A stretch of 60,619 nucleotides of DNA from Vicugna vicugna (taxonomy: Eukaryota). The stretch's first letter is position 1. Each line of letters opens with the position of its first letter. Shown here in pieces: positions 37,736 through 50,311 of this stretch. The position numbers and the translations under genes are program-made. Under the pieces are notes generated by a model. It saw nothing but the letters and a program-made list of their open reading frames with translations. It was not told the DNA's origin and searched no databases. Location: assembly GCA_013265495.1 (NCBI GenBank), contig MU061579.1, forward strand, positions 5,269,146-5,329,764, written 5' to 3'.

Positions 37736-38465
37736 GTTTTTTTTTTTTTTTTTTTTTTTTGAAGCTTTGGGTATGCAATGTAATGATTCTACATTTGTAC
37801 ATATTGTGAAATGATCACCACAATAGCATCCATTATCACACATAGATACAAATATTTTTTCTTATGATGAGAACTTTTAAGATCTACTCTGTCAGCAACT
37901 TTCAAATTCAGTATTACTACATACAATCACCATGCTATTCATTATGTCCCCATGACATTTATTTTATAACTGGAAGTTTGGACCTTTTGACTCCATTCAC
38001 CCGTTTCACCTACCACCCATTCCCTGCCTCTGGCAACCACAAATCTGTTTTCTAGAACTATGAGTTCTTTTTTTCTTTTTTTTTTTTTAGATCCCATATG
38101 TAAGGGCGATCATGCAGTATTTATCTTTCTCTGTGTGACTTATTTAACTTATCATCATGCCCTAGAGGTCCATCCAACTTGTCACAAATCACAAGATTTC
38201 CTTCTTTTTTAAGACTGAATACTACTCCACTATATAGATATAGATATAGATATAGATATAGATATAGATATAGATATAGATACAGATAAAGATATATACA
38301 CATTTTATTTATCCATTCATCCATTGATGGACACTTAAGTTGCTTCCATATTTTGGCTATTGTGAATAATGCTGCAGTGAACAGGGAGGTGCATACATCT
38401 TTTTGAGTGTTTTCACTTCCTTTAGATAAATATCCAAAAATGGAAGTTCTGGATGGTAGTTCTAT
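37736..38465 (-). mobile_element. L1 3' end inserted in the provirus
   Basis: Poly-T 37736-37760, then L1 3' UTR text 'gatgagaacttttaagatctactct...ccattcatccattgatggacacttaagttgcttccatattttggctattgtgaataatgctgc'. Confidence 0.85.
38233..38295. repeat. (TATAGA)n microsatellite
   Basis: About 8 perfect units plus degenerate ones; the source of the LYLYLY ORF. Confidence 0.95.
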
Positions 38466-38499
38466 AGAAGTTTATTATTAAATCAATAAGTAATCTAGG

Positions 38500-39520
38500 G
38501 CTAGCATTATATTTGCTAGACTTGGCATTTGCTAAGTACATAAAGTTTGTTTCTTTTCTTTTTTTTTTTTTCTCCCTTTTTTTTGGCTTTCAGCTTCCTG
38601 AAACCTGAGTCATTAGTTTCTGTTTCTGGCTGGTAAGAGGAAAAGTGGGAAAAGGGAAGAGGCCTAGTCAACCTCTTGACCACCTTTCCCTGAATGACCT
38701 CTATCTGCAAGAGAATGTCTTCCCCCTCCCACTTCCTCCTTTTTTTCTTAAGCAAAATATTTTTAAAATTACTTGAATCTCTTGGTGGTTAAAAGTATTT
38801 TCTCTCTCGGATATTTGGCCAGATAGGGCCTCTCTAAGATGTTCCATCAACCTCCAAGGGACTGCAGTCTACATTTAGGAGAACAATAATGGCTGCAATT
38901 TTTTCTTTTATTTATTCATTTTTGTCTTGTAACAATTCAGCTTTAAGGAGATTATTACCATGTCAAATGTAGCAGCACAAATTGACTGGGAGATCTGTAA
39001 TCACAAATGAACTGAGAAATCCCCCTCTTGGAGGAGGGGTATTAAAATATTAATTCTTTCCCATTGCTTTTCTTTTTTCCATTAAGCCACCCATCTTGAT
39101 GGATGGAATCCATGATATTGCTTCGGTTTGCAGGAGGAAGAACGATGGCAAGGGCTGCAGCTACTGACCCTTAGTAGGCAGCATGGAGGCAAGAGAGAGG
39201 GAGAGACTGACACTGTGAGGGAGGACAGCCAATTGTCTGTTTCCCCCAAGTGCTGTTCAGTGGACACATTAAATGATGCAGGCCTGTAACCTTTTCATAT
39301 TGCAGCCCACTGGTGCCCTTAGCTGACTAGGATGGCTTCCAACAATAAGCACTCAGAGAGACTCCAAGGTAAAGGAACTCCTCTATTGACAAGGGTCTTT
39401 CCTCAAATCACAGTCACTCAAAGAAACACTAAAAATAACCAATTCACAAGGCCAATGACTCAAGATCCCAGAAGCAATAGTATAATTTTAAATGAGTAAT
39501 AGTATAAATTCTTAAATCTC
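38500..39520 (-). pseudogene. Probable gag/leader remnant of the class III provirus
   Basis: Lies between protease and the 5' LTR; purine-rich basic peptides on minus; no diagnostic motif recognised. Confidence 0.4.
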
Positions 39521-39534
39521 CTACTTAATGAGAT

Positions 39535-39900
39535 CATCGCTGGAAGTAATATCCTGAGGCATGTTATTGGAATTAGGATTCTAAGAGTACACACTTAAGA
39601 TGGAGAGTTCTGGCATCACTTGGAAGTGGTAACACAAAGCCATGCAAAGCAGTATACAAGGACTCCAGCAGGACAGAGAGCCTTCCCAAATGGTGTGTGT
39701 GTGATAGTGAGAGGGAGAGAGGGAGAGAGGGAGGGAGGACCATTGGCAAGTGTCTTTATTGGGGAGCAGGATGGAGTACAGGAGCAAAAGGCATGAGTGG
39801 GGGTTTGTTGGTGCATTTGAATGTCATTAGTCACAGTCAGGATTGGTCAAGAAGAGGAACTCATAGTTCAGATCAGACTTATCACCCTGGTGCACCTCTG
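39535..39900 (-). mobile_element. 5' LTR of the class III provirus (may extend to 40035)
   Basis: Shares collinear blocks with 33390-33817: aatatc..gagg, ggacc..aagtg.cttt..tgggg, aaaggcatga, tcacagtcagg, cttatcac..tggtgcacct. Confidence 0.65.
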
Positions 39901-40049
39901 GTCTCCAGCCTTGTGTTTTGTCTTGTGAGTAGCCTGTAGAGGCACTAAGTTAAGAAGTGTTGAGTGAGAGTGGACTTCCCTTGTGCCTGCAGCTCTTAGG
40001 AATTCTAAATTCTAATTGTAAGATGTAGAAAAACACAGTCACTCTTTAG

Positions 40050-40900
40050 GTATTTTAAAAAATGTTTTAACTGTTTTTATCTTTTATGTCATGTCAGTGT
40101 CTTCCAATCCTCTCCCCAACTGAACCAATTCATCTGTCCCATCTCTTCTCTAAGAGCCCTGTCACCGTTTGTAATTTAGTTTACCTAGCTGTCCTACAAA
40201 CTCAGCCCCACTGAAGAGCTCCAGTAAAGTTATGATTTTATAGATTATCAAAAAAAATTTGTCTTTAGATTAGGGACAATGTTTTCTTGAAACTTTCTAC
40301 ATCGTAATCAAAACAAATTTCTCAGTGGTTTGTTTTAATCTTTGTTAAATTAGATACAGTGTACTCATTAAAGGGTGAAGTCCTCCACTGTTAGTACATG
40401 GCCTCTCTGACATCTAAATTGAATGCAGGAGTTGTCATTGATGCACCTCTGTGATGACTGACTCTTTGGAAATCGAACAGCTTCCAGCATTTTGAAACTT
40501 CTGTCGTGTCTGTTCAGCTCAGCTCCCCTATACTTTTCATTCACAACCTATGGTCTTGTCCTATGCATGCACAGATAATAATTTAGACAGTTCAAAAAAC
40601 TCCTACTCATATTTAAGGACTTCTTCCTCTCTAGTACCCTGGCATACACCTCTGTATCCCCAACTCTTACCTCCATGGTGACCATCATGATATTTTTGGA
40701 CTGCACCTTCCTACATTACAGTCTGGAAAGTGACAATAAGAGGAAAGCTGAACAATTGTTAAGTTTTATTTAACATTTTTCCCTCCCCACAGAATTCACA
40801 TTTCTGTGTTACCTGTTGTCCAGTATCTAAAAATATTTGCTTTATATATTTTGTTCATTTTTCTGTTTATGGGTGTAGGGTACTCTAAAGTGATGAATGG
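40050..40900 (-). mobile_element. Ancient L1M/HAL1-like 5' region fragments
   Basis: Recalled resemblance: 'ctgtgttacctgttgtccagtatctaaaaatatttgctttatatattttgttcattttt'. Confidence 0.4.
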
Positions 40901-42196
40901 TCTGTTATGATCTTAACATGTCATTGATCCTTGTTAATTTTAATGATAATATTATGAAGAACTTCAGCAATTAAACAGAATCTGACACAGATATAAATGT
41001 TACATAGATCATTTCTGTAATTTTTTGCCACTATAAAACCTATTTTTAAATGAAATGAATATGCCTCACATTGAAAGTGAGGACTAAGACCCTTTCAATC
41101 TACCCAACATTTTCTCATATCCATGTATTATGGACAACATGTTAAAACAAAACAACAGCAAAAACAGGAAGCTACCATAGAATCCAAGAATTTAGATCTC
41201 AATGGAGCTTAGTGATAATGTGGCAAAACTCTTAATTTCATGGAAATTAAAACCTAAAAAAAAAAAATTAAGTTCATAACAGGAAATTACTAATGGCTTT
41301 TGTTATCAGACCCAGGATTTAGCTTAATGGAATTTAGGTGTAGATCCTGTTTTCCCATTCTAAGCCCAAAATGTAAAGTATCATTTTAAATAAGTGAAAA
41401 TGAGAAAAACTAAAATATTTAAGTGAAGAATTAAAAAAATCTATTTTTGGATTCAAATTCCTTTAATTTGTTCTTACAGAATGAATTTTTAAAAATACTC
41501 AACTGAATAAATATTTGGTAAGCATATCTGTATTTTTATCATAGCTTATTTGAGAGTGTAAAGGATATTATAGCTCAAATTATTATTATAGTCATGCATA
41601 ACGTTAACTTCAACATTATGTCACAAATTATTTATATGTGACTTTTAGGAGTTTAAGTCAACATTTCAAGGAAAAAACATTTGATTTTTCGTGAAACAAC
41701 TTTATAATTAATTGGATAAGTGACAGATTGTTCAGTTAAAAGAACTCAGGACTGGGAAGATGGAGTGAATTCCATTACAGTCTCTACAACTATGTACATG
41801 ATTATTAGCTAACTCTGAAACCCTCCCCATTCATTCCACAAATATTTATTGAGCTCTTACTGTACACATGGCTCTGGATCCACAGAATGAGAGAAAATGC
41901 CCTCATGAGACTTATACTCTAACCAGAAAACAGACAATTTGATAGTTTTTTATACCAACATGTTCAGAACATGTATGTATGTGTGTGTGTGTGTATATAT
42001 ATAAATGTGTTTATATATTAACACTTCAAAATTAACACTTCATATGGGAAAATAAAACTGTATATAGACCAAAGATGACCCCTTGATAAAATATTTAAGC
42101 TGCAACTTGAAAAAATATTATTGAATGATCCTTAGAAAGATATGATACCCTTATAAAAAAAAATGATCCTAGGAAAGAAGAAAGCATGTTCCAAGA

Positions 42197-42242
42197 AAGG
42201 AAGGAAGGAAGGGAGGAAGGAAGGGAGGAAGGAAGGAAGGAA
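42197..42242. repeat. (GGAA)n microsatellite
   Basis: Directly visible. Confidence 0.9.
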
Positions 42243-43852
42243 AAGACAGAAAGAAGAGAATGAATGAAGCCCAGGAGGGGAAGAGAAAAGTTTGGTTTGT
42301 TTTTTGTTCATTTGTTTGTTTGTTTTTTGATAAAAGATTATCTACTATATATATGCCAGGCAGTATATCAGGCTGTGGAAGTTGTAAAGGTATATAGTGA
42401 ACAAAAAGTCTTATTTTAGGTAACACTAATGAAGGCTGAAATGGAAACCAAATCATTTTGATATATACCAAAGAGCTCAACACCCTCATCTTCTCATCAT
42501 GTGTAAATCAACCAAGACATTGATATGAATATAAGAAGCCTTCTATACATTGAGCCTAAGAAGAGCTTGGTCGAGTCTCCATTCCAATCCAGATCACTCC
42601 AGTGAGTGTGGAAAGGTGAGGCTCTTCTTTAAGAGCTGAAGTCTAAGTTGAAGAAAGGGATAGAGAATTAGTAAATTTTCCCTTTAAAAAAATAAGTCTT
42701 CTTAGATCAAACATTCCAAAAAAAGTAAGTGCTGTTCAGTACATCAGGTGAATGTTAATCTTTCTCCGAGAGATGATTTTATTCTGTGTGTGCCAGGAAA
42801 TCAGTATTTGAAACCTCTAATAAAGAGTTTGTAAACTGTGTACCAGGTTGATGGTGCCTTGGGAATCCTCTTGAGAGAGAGCGAACTGTAGTTCCTGAGG
42901 GTATTCCAATGTTTTGTTGTTTACATGGCATTTCTTGCCAAAATTTACACAGTGTTTTTATTCATGACAAATCAGCCTGTGGAAATATTAATATAAAATT
43001 ATATCTGACAGTTGTAGGCTAATCAGTTGAAGAGCAGCAGTGTTGTTATACATACTAAGAACAAGGCATAATTTGCCTTAGGAAAAGTATTCCATGTGAT
43101 ACTAAAATTTTATCATTATTATTAATAATATAGATCTTCTTGATAAGTGTCTTTTTTAACAAGGGTAATATGTTATTAACCATTTTTACCATCAATAGCA
43201 TTTTCCTAGGATTGCAGACATTCAATTTAACTATATAATCTAATTCTTACAAGTCTTCTTCGTGTATTACTCTCTGAATAACAGAATGATTAACCAAGTG
43301 TTCTTGCTGAATGATTTCCTAGTGTTCTGCAAATTATATAGAATCCATGATTGTAAGTTTTGAAAGACTATTGTGCATAGATACATGATTACGTATATAA
43401 AATTCAGAAACTCCCCTGTTTGACTTTGAAATGTGATCCTTTATTTGAGAAACGAAAGTATGAGTGTAAGAGAGAAGAAAAAGATTTATATATCTGGCTC
43501 AGAATATCCTTTTCCCACTAGTCTTCAACTTAGAATCATAAACTTTTTAAAATGGCCGTGTTTACTAACTACAGTGTTTTTGTCAACATTGTTTCCTAGT
43601 CATAACTCTCTGGTTTCCAAATCGTACAGAACTTTATACTTCAGTTAAAAAAAAAAAAGTGAGAAAACCATTTCCTGACTCTCTTCATTTGGTGTCTCCC
43701 CATTGGTAAATTTATGAGATCATCCTCCCTGGTAACCAAAGAATGATATAACATCAAACACAAATACTTTGGCTACTTGAGTGCTAATGAAATTAAATGC
43801 AACAGATGATTTTATACACTAAATAAGGATAGTCTGAAGTATTACATGAGAC

Positions 43853-46800
43853 TTTTATTTTATTTCGTTTACTGAAGTATAAATGACTTACTGTATTATG
43901 TTCATTTCAGGTGTACAACATATTGTTTCAATATTTTGTATGTTATGAAATAATCAGCACAATAAATCTACTTACTGTCACCATACAGATTTATAACAGT
44001 GCTATTGACTGTTATTCCCTGTGCTATAAATTACATTCTCATGACATATTTATTTTATAATGGGAAATGTTTATTTCTTAATCCCCCTTATCTATTTCTC
44101 ATATCACTCTACTCCCGTCTCTTCTGGTAATCACCAATTTATTTTCTGTGTCTGTAAATCTATTTCTGTTTTATTATGTTTGTTCATTGTTTTTTATTTT
44201 TGTTAGAGTCCACATATAAGTGAAATCATATGGTATGTGTATTTCTCTGACAGATTTATTTACTTAACATATAGTCAAGGTCTATCCATGTTGTTGTAAA
44301 TCACAAGACTTCATTCTTTTTTATAACCGAGTAGTATTTCATTGCACATATATATACCACATTTTCTTTATCCATTCATTCACAGATGGATGTACGTTGT
44401 TTCCTTATCTTGGCTATTTTAAATAATAATGTAATGAACATAGGGGTGCATATATCTTTTAAAATTAGTGTTTTTATTTTCTTCAGATAAATACCCATGA
44501 GTAGAATTGCAGGATCACGTGGTTTTACTTTTAATTTTATGAGAAACCCAACATACTCTTTTCCTTAGTAGCTGTACCAATTTACCCACCAACTATGCAC
44601 AAGGGTTCTCTTTTTTCCATATCATTGACAACACTTGTTACTTGTCTTTTTGATAATAGACATTCTGGCAGATATGAAGTAATACCTCATTTTGGTTTTG
44701 ATTTATATTTCCCTGGTGATTAGAGATGTTGAACAGCTTTCTGCACGCTTGTTGGCCATCTGTAGGTCTTCACACACACGAAAAAATCCTATTCAGGACT
44801 TATACCCATTTTTAATTGAATTGTTTATTTATTTTTTTTTTGATATTGACTTGTAGGTGTTCTTTGTATATTTTAAGTATTAAGCTCATATCAGGTATAT
44901 TTGCAAATATATTCTTCCATTAAGAAAGTTGCTTTTACCTTTGATTGAGGGTTTCTTTTGATGTGCAAAAGCTGTTTAGTTTTATGAGGACTATTTTTTT
45001 AACTTTATTGTCCTTGCCTAAGGAGACAGATCCAAAAAGTAATGCTAAGACCCATGTCAAACTTGCATACCGTCTATATTTTCTTCTAGGAATTTTATGG
45101 CCCCTGGTCTTAGATGTAGGCTTTTAATTCATGTTGAATTAGCTTTGTATATAGTGTAAAAAAAGATACAGTTTTATTGGCATGTAGGTGTCGAGCTTTC
45201 CAAATACCATTTATTGAAGATGCTGTCTTTTTTCCCATTGTATATTCTTGCCTCCTTTGTCATACATTAATTGACCATGTAACTGTGGGTTTGTTTCTGG
45301 GCTCTTTATTTTGTTCCATTGATCTATATGTCTGTTTTTGTGACAGTGCTATCTTGTTTTCATTACTATAGTTTTGAAATATAGTTTGATATCAGACAGT
45401 GTAATATTTACAGCTTTGTTCTTCTTTCTCAAGAATACTTTGGCTATGGGGGATTGTGGTTTCATACAAAATTCAGGATTGTTCGTTCTAGTTCTGTGAA
45501 AAAATGCCATTGGTATTTTGATAGGGATTACACAGAACCTGTAAAATGCTAGAGTAGTATTGATTTTTAACAATATTAAATTTTTCTACCCATAAGCACA
45601 GTGTATCTTACTATTTGTGTCATCTTCAATTTCTTTCATCAATGTTCTATAGTTTTCAAAGTACAGTTATTTCACCTCCTTGGCTAAGTTTATTCCTAGG
45701 TATTTTAATCTTTCCGAAGCAGTTGTGAAAGTGATTGATTTCTTAACTTCTTTTTCCTGATAATTTTTATTAGTATATAGAAATGCAACTAATTTCTGTA
45801 TTTCCGTGATATCAGTTGTAATTTATCCTCTTTCCATTTAATTATACTTATTTGGGCCCACTCTCTGTTTTTTGGTTTTTGCTTATTTTTTTTCTTGACA
45901 AATCTGGCTAAAGCTTTATCAATTTAGTTTATTTTTATTTTAAAAAACAAGCTCTTAATTTCCTTGATCTTTTATACATTTTTTTGTTATTTTTTAAATT
46001 CTCTGTTCCTTTATTTCCACTCTGATTTTTAATCTGTTTTAGTTTCTTTCTTTAACTTTGTTTTAGATTGTTCTTTTGTCAGAGTAGGCTTGTCTCACTA
46101 TGAATGTCTAACTCTTAGAACTGCTTTTGCTGCATCCCATAGATTTTGGAGTATTTTTTCCATTTTCATTTGTCTCCAGGTATTTTATAATTTTCTCTTT
46201 GATTTCTTTGTTGATTCATTGATTTTTTCTTTCTTTTTTCTTTTTTTCCAGATAAAACATATTTTTAATACTTATTTAATAGGCTCATTGATTTTTTTAG
46301 TAGCATGTTGTTTTGTGTCTACATGCTTGTGTTTTTCTAGTTTTCTTCCTGTAATTGATTTCTAGTTTTATACTGTTGTGGTCTGAAAAGATGCTTGATA
46401 TGATTTTAATTTTCTCAACTTTATTGAGACTTGTTTTGTGACCTGACATATGATCTCTCCTGACTAATGTCCTATTTGTACTTGAAAAGAATGTGTATTC
46501 TGCTGTTTTTAGATGGGATGTACTATCTATATTTATTATGTTACTCTTATTTATTGTGACATTTAAGGTCAATGTTTATTGATTTTCTGTCTGGTTGATG
46601 TAAGTAGGATATGAAAGTCCCCTTTTATTGTATTACTGTCAGTCTCTCCCCTTATGTGTGTTAATATATGCTCCTATATTGAATCTGTGAATACTTACCA
46701 ATGTTTTTGTCTTCTTCTTAGATTAAGCCCTTTTTCATTATGCAGTGCCTTTCTTTGTGTTTGGTTACTTTCTTTTAAAGGCTACTTTGTCTGATAGTAT

Positions 46801-48450
46801 TGCTACCCCAACTTTCTTTTTGTTTTCATTTGCATGGAATATCTTTTTCCATTCTTTCACTTTCAGTCTCTGTGTGTGTCTTTATCTGAAGTGAGTTTCA
46901 TAGGTGTCATGTAGATAGATCTTATCTTTATACACATTCACACATCCTATGCCTTTTGATTGAAACATTTAGTCAATTTACATTAAAAGTGACTACCAAT
47001 AAGTGTGTGCTTATTACCATTTTGTTTATATTTTTCTTGCTGTTTTTGTATTTCCTCCCCTCTTCTTTTTTCCCTTTTTTAGTCTCTATCTTTGTGGTTT
47101 GATGGTTTTCTTTATGTTATGTTTGCATTCCTTTCACTTTAATATTTTTTGTATCTATTGTATGTTTTTGATTTGGGGTTACCATATATATCAACCTATA
47201 GTAGAGCAGGTTTTTTTTTAAAGCTGATGTCTCTGTAAGTTTGAATGCTATTCTAAAAGCACTGCATTTTTAGTACCCCCCCTCCACATTTTATGTTTTT
47301 AAGGTACTTTGGGTATTCCTTAACTACTTACTGGAGTTATAGTTGATTTTATGACTTCTGTCTTTTAACCTTCATAATAGCTTTATATATGGCTGATCAC
47401 TGTCTTTACTACATATTTGCCTTTACCAGTGAGATTCTTTTCTTTCATATATTATCTTGTCACTTAAAAGAGATTCTTTAACATTTCTTGTAAAGCCAGT
47501 TTAGTAGTGAAAAATCTCTTTTAGTTTTTGTTTATCTGTGAAACTCTGTCTCTCTCCTTCAATTCTGAATGATAATCTTGCCAGGCAAAGTATTCTTGGT
47601 GGTATTTTGTTTTTCCTTTCAGCACTTTAAATATATTATCTAATCCCTTCTGACGTTCCCAGTTTCTGCCTTATAGGATTTTTTTTTTTTTTGGTGTGTG
47701 TCTAGTTGTTTTTCTCTAGCTGACTCAAATTCTCTCTTTATCTTTAACTTTTGCCATTTTAATAATGATATGCTTTGGTCTGGATATCTTTGGGTTCATC
47801 TTGTTTTATGGCTATCTGTTTCATGAACCTGAATATCTGTTTCATCCCCCAGGTTAGGGAATTTTTCAGCTATTTTAAAAATACATTTTCTGTCCCTTTC
47901 TCTCTTTTCTCCTTCTGGGACTTTTATAATGTGAATATTAGCATGTTTTATGTTGTCTCAGGGATTCCTTAAAGTATCCTAATTTTTTTAAGTTTGTTTA
48001 CTTTTTCCTTCTTGTTGTTCTGATTTGGTGATTTCCACAATTCTGTCTTCCAGATTGCTTATGTGCTCTTCTGTGCCATCTAATCTGTTGTTGATTCCCT
48101 CTAGTTTATTTTTTATTTCAGTTACTTATTCTTCAACACTTATTGGTTCTTTCTTATATTTTCTAATTTTTTGTTGAAGTTCTCACTGTGTTTCTCCATT
48201 CTTCTCCCAAGTTCACTGAACATATGAACCCCTTGCTTAAACCCCTTGCTTCTTAGGGAGGACCTTCTTTGTGTTTGTGATATCCCCTCCTGTTTGTGGG
48301 TCATCACGCTGTGGGTTTGAGTCCCAATTATATTGCATTTCTCTCCCTCCTCCACACCTCAATATGACTTTTTATATGTTTAATTTTAGAAGCCCCATTC
48401 TGCTATTCTTCAGGTCATTCTAAGAAAAAGCTGCTCAATATGTAGTTACA
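43853..48450 (-). mobile_element. ~4.6-kb L1 with internal deletions (3' UTR, ORF2 pieces, endonuclease, ORF1/5' remnants)
   Basis: L1 3' end at 43853; minus ORF 46297-46572 AEYTFFSS...RDHMSGHKTSLNK...IISSIFSDHNSIKLEIN is the L1 endonuclease C-terminus; ORF 45349-45573 IPIKIPMAFF is ORF2. Confidence 0.9.
46229..46284 (-). pseudogene. Tiny retrocopied poly(A) RNA 3' end (37 nt plus A-tail) inside L1
   Basis: 13-bp TSD TCATTGATTTTTT (46216-46228, 46285-46297); T-rich tail 46229-46247; ATTAAA on minus at 46264-46269. Confidence 0.7.
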
Positions 48451-48849
48451 GTTAAGGTGTGTAGTTAAGCATGTGCTAAGGCACAGCTTCAATAGCTTTG
48501 AGCTGAGGACCAATTTTTCCCCACAGATACAAGAGATTAATGTATAGGGATGATAAGATACTGTGAATAGCATCCAATATTAAACGGGTGATGCAGTGAT
48601 GGAATCATGTGTTGCTTTAGGAAACGTAAAAGATTAAATAAGTTTTGAGAGATGATAGCTTACACAGAACACAAATGTACTTATAGTATGGATGTGATGA
48701 GTGAATAGAACAAACTACTGCATTTGTATTCTATCGAAAATTAATAGAACAGAATGAATGAGAATCTTGGGATTTACAAAAGACAGGAGCTGGGATGGAT
48801 TTGAGGCAGTATAGATTCCTTTGGGGATTCATTGGAATTAGTACTAGCA

Positions 48850-49010
48850 ATTAAGAAATGTTCACTGGGGGGTTGATGCACTGTCACTCTTTGTATAACA
48901 GATTGACCTGGTTATTACACATAAAGCAGAATGAAACTTGGGAATTATGGTTGATCACAGGGGACTCCATAAATGCATTCCTCCACTTGGTGTGATACCT
49001 CTGGTAAAAT
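48850..49010 (+). mobile_element. Very old retroviral RT fragment (class III-like)
   Basis: SLYNRLTW / KAE*NLGIMVDHRGLHKCIPPL resembles RT SxYNSPVWPVxKxDGxWRMTVDYRGLNK. Confidence 0.5.
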
Positions 49011-49137
49011 ATCTTAAGCAAGCTGAGCATAATAAAACTTGCTAATACTTTTTCTGGTTCAGTCTCAGAGGCTTGCTAGGGGACTACTCGTGGAAGGAAA
49101 TGTATATTAGTTATCTACCACGGCATAGCAAATTACC

Positions 49138-49693
49138 TGTCAAATTAACACTTGTTAAGTGGAGCACAGGATGTTGGCTAGTGAGCCATAGTTCCACAAA
49201 GGACCACGATGGAAACTGAAATAGAGAAGTTTATTATTCATAGTTTCTAGAAGAAGTAACTGGCATACCTCATGGGGCCATACGGGGAGGTTAAACAGAG
49301 TGCAAAGAGGGAGGCAGAAACAGAGGAATGTGCCTTGTTAGGGTATGTGGATAAACTGCTTTGGAGTTCCCAGACTAAGGCTATGTTGGTGAATTCAAAC
49401 CCAAAAGAGTAGACTTTTGGCAAGTTCTGTGGTGGGGCGGGGGGTAGGTTCCTATGTATCAAGGGGGTACATAAGGTGAAGTCATTGGGAAGCAGAGGAG
49501 ACTGTCGATCACAAAGGCTGTTGAGGAAGTCACATCGGAACTTACATCTTCTTGTGACTCTGCAGGCCACTAGCTAGGGCTTATGCTTGCATGAGGGGCT
49601 AGTGTCAGTTTAATGCTCTTCCAGGCCACTTGGCCAAGTAAAATGGATGCAGGGGCAATAATACTATGGAGTAGTTTAGCTGAACTCTTGACA
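49138..49693 (-). mobile_element. ERVL-class solo LTR, 556 bp
   Basis: Inverted termini TGTCAA...TTGACA; perfect 5-bp TSD TTACC (49133-49137, 49694-49698); minus-strand AATAAA (tttatt ~49229). Confidence 0.85.
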
Positions 49694-50157
49694 TTACCCC
49701 AAAAATTAGTGGCTTAAAAACAATGAATATAACATCTTACAGTTTCTGTGGGTCAGGAATTCATGAGTAATTAACATGAGTGAGTTTTACATATTTGCAG
49801 TCAGCACGTAAGCAGGGGCAATGTTAATCTGAAGTCTGTCTGATATAATAAGCTGATGTAATTCCAGAAGGGCTGTCCTACAGGTTTATTGGCAGAAGGC
49901 CTTCACTCCTCATCATATGGGCTTCTGCTCATGAGATTGTATCTAACTTTCCCCAGAGCAAGTGGGCCTCAAGAGAAAACAAGGAGGGCACTGATGCATT
50001 TTATAACCTAGTCTCCATCTCCAAAATCACCTACGTATATTTACACTTCATTCTATTTGTTAGAAATGAGTTATTGAGTCCGTTCCACAGTCAAAGACAG
50101 AAGAATTAGGTTCCAGGTATTCCAGGAAAGAAGTGTGACAGGATTTGTGAACATGTT

Positions 50158-50311
50158 CTTTTTTATTTTTTGACTTTATTAAGGAATACTTGACCAATAG
50201 GATTAGATATATTTAAAGTGTACAACATGATGATTAGATAAACATAAACATTATAAAACAATTACTAAATTCAAGATAATTAACACACCCATAACCTCAC
50301 ATAGTTAACAT
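50158..50311 (-). mobile_element. Short 5'-truncated L1 3' end
   Basis: T-rich tail then L1 3' UTR; candidate TSD TGAACATGTT (50148-50157) / TGAAGATGTT (50312-50321). Confidence 0.65.

Noticed and set aside
38121..38324. ORF with LYLYLY repeat
   Set aside because: Translation of the (TATAGA)n microsatellite within L1
39518..39536. Possible tRNA-Leu PBS (TGATCTCATTAAGTAGGA on minus) for the class III provirus
   Set aside because: Position is plausible but it needs several mismatches and an indel; too degenerate to call
42169..42489. 106-aa minus-strand ORF
   Set aside because: Runs through (TTTG)n and (GGAA)n repeats and probable L2 remnants
48227..48251. Tandem AACCCCTTGCTT duplication
   Set aside because: Real but a trivial slippage/repair scar at an L1 deletion junction
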